Source: Eledone cirrhosa
Lineage: Eukaryota
NCBI GenBank assembly: GCA_964016885.1
Contig: OZ024741.1
Span: 203,608,001 to 203,672,000 of the forward strand
DNA: 64,000 nt
Direction: 5' to 3'
A program made the translations under genes and the position numbers. Below the pieces are notes generated by a model. That model did not search any database and was not told the origin of the DNA. It saw nothing but the letters and a program-made list of their open reading frames with translations. Position 1 is the stretch's first letter. Every line of letters begins with the position of its first letter. Below, piece by piece: positions 55,582 to 64,000 of the stretch.

Positions 55582-55643
55582 TTTCATTATACATATTTCA
55601 AGGGCCACCATGGCAAATTATGGTGCGCTTTCATCAGATAAAA
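55582..55643 (-). ncRNA. Type I hammerhead ribozyme at PLE 3' end
   Basis: TTTTAT-CTGATGA-AAG..CACCAT..ATGGTG..CTT-GAAA-TATGTA-TA-ATGAAA then TAAA; the inverted copy near 58251 has CTTATGA. Confidence 0.8.
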
Positions 55644-56639
55644 TATAATATAGGTTAGTTTTATAAATAAATATTGACATACCCTGAAAAAATGCAATCA
55701 TTCTGATTGGAATCTCCTGGATAGTGGAGTTTTTAGATTTATTGTTGGTTTATTATGCAAATTAGTGTCGGAAAGGTTTAAATAACAGTATATTTAAATT
55801 AAGCCATCGGAATAGGGAAAAAATAAAGAAAGAGAAAAAACGAAAGAAATAGAAAAAACGTGAGTATATTTAAGTGAGAGAGAATATTAGTTATAAGGAT
55901 AGTAATAGCGTAATTTTGAGAGAAGAAGCGAAGAAATGAATATAGCGTGGATGAATACCATAGCGTGGATAAACAATAAAGCGTGGATAAATAATGATAA
56001 GTTGAAGAATTTTATCTAATGTTTAATTAATAAATTTGATTAAATGTTTAATTAATAATTTATCAATTCAATCCGTAGTTTATATGTGTATGTTAGATTT
56101 TTTAAATTGAGACCTATATATTATTAAAGAATATATATTATTAAAAATATATATTATTAAAAAATATGTTATTACAAAAACATATATAAATTTATTATTA
56201 GTTTTTAATTAATTATTGTAGATTTAAAATATCCGAATATTTCTAAGCCCATGGAAATTCCGAGAGTTTACAGAAGAATAATCCCTTATTTGTAATAGCA
56301 GTAGATCGTAAAGGAAATTGCTAGTGATTTATTAATAATTTAGATAGCTCTAAGGATTAAATGCTATAAAGTTAAGATGTTAAAAAATTAAATTTTCCAT
56401 CTTAATAATGTAATTAGAGTATGAATCTTATGTTATTTTATAAAGTTATAATTTTATAAATCTACCTGTTATACTGTTATGACTGTTAAAACATAAATTT
56501 GCTTGCTATAACGACTTAACATTTAACATTTTTTCATAGGAATATATCTAAAGCATAAACTATAAAAAAAACTCTGTCATAAGAGTATATCTATAGAATA
56601 TATTTAAAGTATAAATTTTATATATATATATAAACATGT

Positions 56640-56716
<77 letters not shown>

Positions 56717-57013
56717 GCATTTGAAAAATATAGAAATGTAGAAATATAAAATATACAATATAAAATATGAATTATAATTTTTTAAAATGAATTATAATTT
56801 TAAAAAATATAAGAATATAGAAAAGAAAATACACAGTATAAAATATGAATTATAATTTCCTTATACCCATCAGAGGAATTTTCAAAGAAATCCTTCTTTA
56901 AGTCTTTCAGTGCGTTTATCAAGAAAAATTTCTTTTCTTTTAAGAGAGTTATAAACAGTCATATGAAGGAATCTAATGAATTATCGATAGGTTTAATAAA
57001 GATGAGTTATGTA

Positions 57014-58207
57014 TTACATTTTATATATATATTTAAACGTTGAGTTCAATCTATGTTTGCAAGAACTGAAAAGATTATTCCTTAAATTAACAGAATTCTT
57101 ACTTTTTAATATAAAGAATATTTCCTCTCTACAAAGAGCACAATTTTCAGATGAGGCATTGAATGGAGGAGCTTTGGAGATAATATTCCAAAGTAAAGAA
57201 TAGTTAGAATAGTTAGTGTTCTTTGATTTTAGATCCCATAGTAAATTAGATAGAGAAGTTGAAGATTTTTTATTTATATTCGTAAAAGAGCATTTATGGT
57301 TATTAAAACGGGACTTAAAATCTGTGGAAGTAGAGCCAACGTAATTAAATGAATTTAAATTAGTTTTTACATTACAATTATATACTATATTTTTAACTAA
57401 ACAATTGTTATTTAACGGAGAATTAGATTTATTTCTACAGTTACATTTATCAAAATTTAAGTTTCTAGGAGCCGTATTATTCAGTTGAATATTGCTGGGG
57501 TTATTAATGGTATTCTGGTTAGGTTTTAAGTTTCTATTATTAATTCTATTAATATTCTGCGCTAAATTACAGGTAGTTGAATACATTAATTTTATAGTAT
57601 GTCTATTAAATATTGAGTAATACCTATGTGTTCTAGGGAAGCATTTATCTAGAGCTTTAAAGAATAATTTAGCAATAGGAGTTTTAATACTTAATGAGAA
57701 AGGAGGAGCGAACCATAATATATTCCTAGTTCTATTTCTTTTTTTGTTTTTCGAATTATTGTAAGGTTTTCTATTATAGTTGTTAAAATTATGGTTATTT
57801 GTCATATCATTATTATCAATGTTTTTAATGTTATTACTATATCCAGCTCTACCTAACGCTTCGTTATAAAATTGCGCTTTATCTTCAAAAATCTTATTAT
57901 TAGCTGAAATTCTAGAAATACGTTGCTGCACAGAGTTTACTATAGTGTTTTTAACGGATCTGGGGTGATTGGAATTAAAATTAACGTAGTTTAAGTTCTC
58001 GTTTATTTTGTGAAATGGATAATAAAGACTAGTGTTAAGGTTTAAAGTTACATCTAGAAAGTTAACTATTTTATAATTATTCTCTATTTCTACTTTAAGA
58101 TTAAGGTAATTAAAAAGTTGTATAATTTCTTTTCTTTTCCTATTTATTTCACAGTTATTATTATTTTCTAGAAGTAATAGTAATAGAATATCGTCGCGAT
58201 ATAAACC
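57014..58207 (-). CDS. PLE RT C-terminus, linker and GIY-YIG (one frameshift near 58045)
   Basis: RNILWFAPPFS, IFNRHTIKLMYS, CNCRNKSNSPLNNNCLVKNIVY, YVGSTSTDFKSRFNNH, CALC.EE, CKH. Confidence 0.92.
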   Translation of the reverse strand, partial: GLYRDDILLLLLLENNNNCEINRKRKEIIQLFNYLNLKVEIENNYKIVNFLDVTLNLNTSLYYPFHKINENLNYVNFNSNHPRSVKNTIVNSVQQRISRISANNKIFEDKAQFYNEALGRAGYSNNIKNIDNNDMTNNHNFNNYNRKPYNNSKNKKRNRTRNILWFAPPFSLSIKTPIAKLFFKALDKCFPRTHRYYSIFNRHTIKLMYSTTCNLAQNINRINNRNLKPNQNTINNPSNIQLNNTAPRNLNFDKCNCRNKSNSPLNNNCLVKNIVYNCNVKTNLNSFNYVGSTSTDFKSRFNNHKCSFTNINKKSSTSLSNLLWDLKSKNTNYSNYSLLWNIISKAPPFNASSENCALCREEIFFILKSKNSVNLRNNLFSSCKHRLNSTFKYIYKM

Positions 58208-58446
58208 TTTATTTATATTTATTTATTTATAAAACTAACCTATATTATATTTTATCTTATGAAAGCGCACCATAATTTGCCTTGGTGGCCCTTGAAATAT
58301 GTATAATGAAATAAATATGGTTTTATAAATATAGTTTCCATTTGTTAATATATTGTATATTTACTCCAATAATTTGTTGAGTGCTTTATATCAGTTATAA
58401 AAATATTTTGCTTGTTGTATCCCAACAAATTAAATATAACCTCTAC

Positions 58447-58479
<33 letters not shown>

Positions 58480-58836
58480 ACCTGTTTAGCTTGCTTCGTG
58501 TTTTTGGCTCCGGTGGCTGATAGCTTCATGACTGCCGTTTTCAGTTTGTTTGGCTTATATAACGTATGTTAATTGCTCTGGTCACCTTTTGGTCCATTGA
58601 GTGATTGCCGCATATCTCGAAAATTGCGTTTCGCTTTGTTTTTGACCACAGCCGAAATACGATCCCGCTGAAGTTATATATATATATATATATATATATA
58701 TGACATAACCTGTGTATTTGCTGGCATTAGCGTACATCTGCACGCATATGTTAGTAGATATACTAAATTATCTCTATATATATAATTGAAAAACTGGAGA
58801 ATAACATGGTCAACGGTAAAAAAGGGGATTTATTTG

Positions 58837-58946
58837 CAGTCTAACATTTGTTTCACTGATAGAGTTGTCTAAAAATTGCTGAACACTAAAAGCAATGCCA
58901 CTCAATTTTAAATACGATGTTAACTCTACTAGATCATCGGAAACTG
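58837..58946 (-). ncRNA. Hammerhead ribozyme with CCGATGA core and large stem II
   Basis: CAGTTT-CCGATGA..TAGAGTT..AACTCTA..GAAA-CAAATG-TT-AGACTG then AATAAA. Confidence 0.7.
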
Positions 58947-59804
58947 ATCAAAACATATATGTGTAACCGGCAAATTTACAAATTCAAATGACATCATCAA
59001 TAATAATATTAATAATGAAGATATAGAGAGAAAAGGAGGAAGAAAGGGTCATAGATACAGTAAAGAAAGAAAGGAAAGGAAGGAAAAAGAAAAAGAAAAA
59101 GAAAAAGAAAAAGAGAAAGAAGAAAAGGAGAAATTATTATAGATAGAAATATAAAGAGAGGAAGATATATATAATATGATGGTATATAGATAAGAGACAA
59201 ACGTAAATAAGAATAAACGTATGATAGAGAGAAGAGAAGAAGGATAGAGGGACAAATAGATGAATAGACGTTAATACATAAATAAATGTAAATAAAAATA
59301 AATATATATATATATATATAAATATTTATGAAAAAATGGTGAAAATATGGTAATGTTAAATATATTTATGTGTATTGGTTATTTTAATAAATAAATTAAT
59401 TAATCAGTTTTAAGTTATATTATATGATAAAATAGAATGATAGATTATGATAAAATAGAATGATAGATATGAGATAAATTTAGGGAGAGACATATTAAGA
59501 TAAAGAGTGAAAATATATATATATAAAATAAGAATGTAAATATAAGAGGTTTTGATGTTGTTCTTTGATAGATGATGACAATTATAGTTATAATTATAAT
59601 GATGATGATGTTGATAATGTGATATATAATGATGATGATGTTGATAATATGATATATGACCAAGTGGTACAATCTGGGTTATGGAATAGAAAAGATGGAA
59701 TTAAGCTGGTCTAAAGTTCTAAAATTTAGTTGCTGATTTATGTCGACAAAAAATGTTATTTCAATTTTACTGTTAAGAAGAATCTTGTTGTAATTTAAAA
59801 TTTG

Positions 59805-59925
<121 letters not shown>

Positions 59926-59933
59926 TGTGTGTG

Positions 59934-60126
59934 TAACGAAGGAGGTGTGGTAAGGAACCAGATGGACCATAACGCACCAGAGTACTCAATACTTAGGGTA
60001 GTAGAGTGGGTAATAGGAAAATGTTAAAGACGGCTATTTCTGGACGCGTCCAGGAATAGTCGTCGAAACGGCTTGACGTCTGCCATCGGTCTTGAACATT
60101 TTCCTATATATATATATATATGTATG

Positions 60127-60184
<58 letters not shown>

Positions 60185-60375
60185 AACCGGTAAGACCCCG
60201 ACGGCTGAGCTCAAGCCGTTTCGACGGCTATTTCTGGACTAAATTAGCCGTCGAAACGGCTTGAGCTCAGCCGTCGGGGTCTTACCGGTTCCTATTACCC
60301 ACTCTACTACCCCAAGTATTGAGTACTTTGGTGCGTTATGGTCCACCTGGTTCCTTACCACATTTCCTTCGTTAT
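59934..60375. mobile_element. Nested inverted PLE pLTR pieces with hammerhead 3' halves (CUGANGA missing)
   Basis: GTC-GAAA-CGGCT(tgagctc)AGCCG-TC; perfect ~50-bp palindrome arms at 60181-60295; outer arms 59934-60019 / 60289-60375; related piece at 40120-40175. Confidence 0.75.
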
Positions 60376-60402
60376 ATATATATATATATGTATGTATGTA
60401 TG

Positions 60403-60861
60403 TCAAAAGGCAAAGGAGCTCTTAAGAGCCAATGGCCATCCAAAATCAGCGGGAGAGATGACCCCTTAGCCTTTGTCAAGGCAGAATTCTAGGGGAAGGA
60501 AAACTCTGATATAACACCTGCAACTCTGATGGTATCCAATGATGTTGACATGTTCTTCTTTTTGGTAAATATCATCTTGGTTAAAACAGTGGGACTGGCT
60601 TTGCGCAGTGCCTTTGCTCACTATAAAAGCTTCACGGCACAGGCATTGCTTTATATCTAGAGATCTCTCTGCACTTGTCGTCACATGGTACCATGGGCCC
60701 AGCACTGTGTGTCAATAATTGTCACAAGTGTAGTGTTTGTACCAGAGTTTTCAAGTCGTTGGCTGGACTAAAAAGTCGCACTCGTTCAGCGCATCGGTAG
60801 GGGTTCTCCTACATGGATATAAAATAGTGGCCGTACTCGAAAACGAGTTGGCAGCCACCAT
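60403..60861 (+). mobile_element. Non-coding RTE-like short element (5'-truncated copy)
   Basis: Reverse complement of 62688-63157; TAGCC..GGCA..CTAGGRGAAGGAAAACTCTGA motif that I recall from RTE 5' UTRs; ends in (TA)n. Confidence 0.65.
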
Positions 60862-60880
60862 GTATATATATATATATAAA

Positions 60881-60926
<46 letters not shown>

Positions 60927-60941
60927 TATATATAAATAAAT

Positions 60942-61057
<116 letters not shown>

Positions 61058-62000
61058 GGTGGCTGCCAACTCGTTTAATTTGGGGATCTGACTCTTCATG
61101 TAGAATATTCAGTTGTGGCACTCTATGATAGAGGGTAATCATCCCAATATGAACACCTTTAGTACTTCTTAATAGACTAGACTGTAATTTAAAGATAGGA
61201 TACTTAAACTTAGAAACTGTTTATAACTGTATATGATAGGGACACATTTGTGACACCATTTAATGTACATTAGGATAATAAATTTAGTTATAGTAATCAG
61301 CTAGTTACCCCCCCCCCCCCCCCCTCACGCATTAACTCCCCTTAATCACACACACACTTCCGGAAAATAATACGATGTTAAGTCTCGCAACAAAAACAAC
61401 CTACTCTATAATATTGGATTAAAGAATAACAAGCTGTAATATTCCAACCTAATTCATCAAGCATCCAATATAGAATCATCGTTGATTATGTGAAGGACAT
61501 ATAATCTATATATTACGTTTCCTGGATTGTGAAAATGATGGTGTATACGAAACACCATAACACTGTTTTGCTTCTCATTTTTTAATATTTTTTATATTTC
61601 TCTGCACACAAGCTTCTATATCATACATATAAAATACTTTACTAATACAACCCCCATAATACTCTTGATTGCCCGCTTAAAGTGCTTGTATTCCATATAA
61701 CACCTTACCGCACTATAATCTTATATAAATAAGACACACGTGCATGCCCCACGTGTAACTATTGCATACACTAACTACTTATAACTATCCTCTTGCATCA
61801 TCTTCGTAAACTGCCAATGTTGTATTATAACTTTAATTTAGTTGTAATTTTCTTTTAATATGACTTTAATCTTTGAATGTAAATTGCCATGCTAAAATAT
61901 TATAATGGATGTCACCCCACTGTTCATCGATATATACATATGTTTCTGTATGTCTCTTGTGCTGGAAAGGAGGTCATGTATGTAAACAATCATTGAAAAA

Positions 62001-62049
62001 TTGCTCCGAAGACCCCAAACCTCGGTTTGGAAGAAACAATTGTAAGCGA
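62001..62049 (+). ncRNA. Hammerhead ribozyme with CCGAAGA core
   Basis: TTGCT-CCGAAGA-cc-CCAAACC(tc)GGTTTGG-aa-GAAA-CAATTG-TA-AGCGA then ATAAA. Confidence 0.75.
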
Positions 62050-62091
62050 ATAAATGGTTTGAACAGAACTTTGATTCATGTAATTTCTCTC

Positions 62092-62197
<106 letters not shown>

Positions 62198-62492
62198 CAT
62201 TTTGAAGATAAGCCGACAAGACTTGTTTCGCTTTGCTGAGATCAAAGTGAGTGAATTTGTCACTACTTTAAAACAATAGCTTACGGTCTTCAAAATGCTT
62301 TTAATTAATCATAATGTGTATTGCAAAATACATTATATATACATCCATATATATATTGCTATTTCAGAGCTCCAATTCTAATTTTTAATTTCTGCCTGAC
62401 CAACAACCGCTCTGCATAATCAGCTCCTGATTATTTACTAGATTTCTATAAGAATATAACATCAATGATCTCAGCAAACAGGTGGGGTAGTT

Positions 62493-62536
62493 GGCCTTGA
62501 TAAGCTTCAACCAAAGCGAAACAAGTCTTGTCGACT
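62493..62536 (+). ncRNA. Hammerhead ribozyme with U3-A8 covariant core (TTGATAA)
   Basis: GGCC-TTGATAA-GCTT(caacca)AAGC-GAAA-CAAG(t)CTTG-TC-GACT inside a 16-bp outer stem (62467-62482 / 62544-62559). Confidence 0.7.
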
Positions 62537-62687
62537 TATCTCCCCTGTTTGCTGAGATCAAAGTGAGTGAATTTGTCACTATTTAAAACAATAGCTTACG
62601 GTCTTCAAAATGCTTCAAAATGAGGTTGTACTGGGTTATATGTTTCCAGTAGCACTCGAGAGAGATCTGATATACATACATACATAC

Positions 62688-63310
62688 ATGGTGGCTGCCA
62701 ACTCGGTTTCGAGTACGGCCACTACTTTATATCCATGTAGGAGAACTCCTACCGATGCGCTGAACGAGTGTGACTTTTTAGTCCAGCCAGCGACTTGAAA
62801 ACTCTGGTACAAACACTACACTTGTGACAATTACTGACACATAGTGCTGGGCCCATGGTACCATGTGACGACAAGTGCAGAGAGATCTCCAGATATAAAG
62901 CAATGCCTGTGCCGTGAAGCTTTTATAGTGAGCAAAGGCACTGCACAAAGCCAGTCCCACTCTCTTAACCAAGATGATATTTACCAAAAAGAAGAACAAG
63001 TCAACATCATTGGATACCATCAGGGTTGCAGGTTTTATATCAGAGTTTTATATCAGAGTTTTCCTTCTCCTAGAATTCTGCCTTGACAAAGGCTAAGGGG
63101 TCATCTCTCCCGCTGATTTTGGATGGCCATTGACTCTTAAGAGCTCCTTTGCCCTTTGACAGGTTTTGTTTTTAGTCCTGCAGGATGTCCAAAGTCACCC
63201 TCCTCAGCAAGAAACCTTGGTGGGGTTGCCAGTTTAGTCGCCAACAACCCGACCATGGGACAGGTTGTACTGGGATACATGTTACCAGTAGCACCAACTG
63301 GTGACCTGAC
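62688..63310 (-). mobile_element. ~620-bp non-coding RTE-like element; extra pieces at 62621-62672 and 63490-63722
   Basis: Sharp ends in TACA/TA repeats, several copies, no long ORF. Confidence 0.65.
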
Positions 63311-63336
63311 ATACATATATACATACATATATACAG

Positions 63337-63410
<74 letters not shown>

Positions 63411-63777
63411 ATATATATATATATATACATAAATATATACATATATACATATGCATACATACATACTATCATATATACATATATACATATATGATGGCTG
63501 CCCCCTCGTTATCGAGTATGGCCATTGCACGATATACCATTATTAATAATTATTAATCAATTCTATCGTGCAATGCCTGTGCGTGAAGATATTTTTTAAA
63601 GTGAGGATAAACTGTGCACTGAGACAATCCCACTCTCTGAGCGACACTAGCTATAACCCGAAAAGAAGAAAAGATCAACATCATCGGTAACTACAGAGCC
63701 TCAGGTTTTATATCGGAGTTATCCATACATACATACATACATACATACATACATACATACCTTTCTTTGTTTTTCAG

Positions 63778-64000
63778 AAAATAAAACTGCCTACAGAAGA
63801 ATGTATAAATGATGATGGTTGTATTTCCTCTCCATCTCTCGATGATCCAGGAAATAAATTCTCATTAAAGCCTGCCATATTTTGTCTAGGAATTTCCACA
63901 CCATTGATTATATCTGGAATCCTCTTTACTTGGTCTCCCTATAACATTCATCCCCTGCATGTTTTTCTTTTACCAATTATTCTGTGTCTATTATCATTTC
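63778..64000 (+). CDS. Chitin synthase-like exon running off the window: KIKLPTEECINDDG..AIFCLGISTPLIISGILFTW..VFLLPIILCLLSF
   Basis: CTTTCTTTGTTTTTCAG acceptor; phase 0; 74 open codons with two hydrophobic segments. Confidence 0.8.

Larger units (their letters stand above)
55545..58360 (-). mobile_element. 5'-truncated AT-rich Naiad-type PLE with inverted pLTR end at 58212-58360
   Basis: GLYRDD at 58190-58207, VNFLDV, SNHP, ORF 57014-57931, ~1.45-kb 3' UTR ending in a hammerhead. Confidence 0.92.

Noticed and set aside
57014-58207. Selenocysteine recoding reported for some Naiad PLEs
   Set aside because: No in-frame TGA at conserved Cys positions in the readable fragments and no SECIS recognised

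Overview
AT-rich, microsatellite-saturated animal genomic DNA. The SINE families resemble octopus/coleoid repeats, but this is an inference from memory. Most ORFs in the track are (TA)n/(CA)n artefacts. Real content: (1) five small + strand exons (39918-64000, running off the window) that splice in frame into a multi-pass membrane N-terminus resembling an animal chitin synthase and are largely missed by the ORF track; (2) a near full-length L1/Tx1-clade LINE with an intact 1139-aa APE-RT ORF2 sitting in (ATT)n, plus a truncated relative ending in (TATC)n; (3) many Penelope-like element (PLE) fragments with inverted pseudo-LTRs and about 15 hand-foldable type I hammerhead ribozymes, many with non-canonical cores (recurrent CCGANGA; U3-A8 covariants); (4) a Helitron 3' end, an internally deleted mariner, RTE fragments, tRNA-derived SINEs and a ~2 kb degenerate TTAGGG tract. 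Most notable: the variant-core hammerhead population, PLE inversions that pivot on ribozyme helices, and a host exon fragment with its splice donor captured inside a PLE inversion. All folds and alignments were done by eye.
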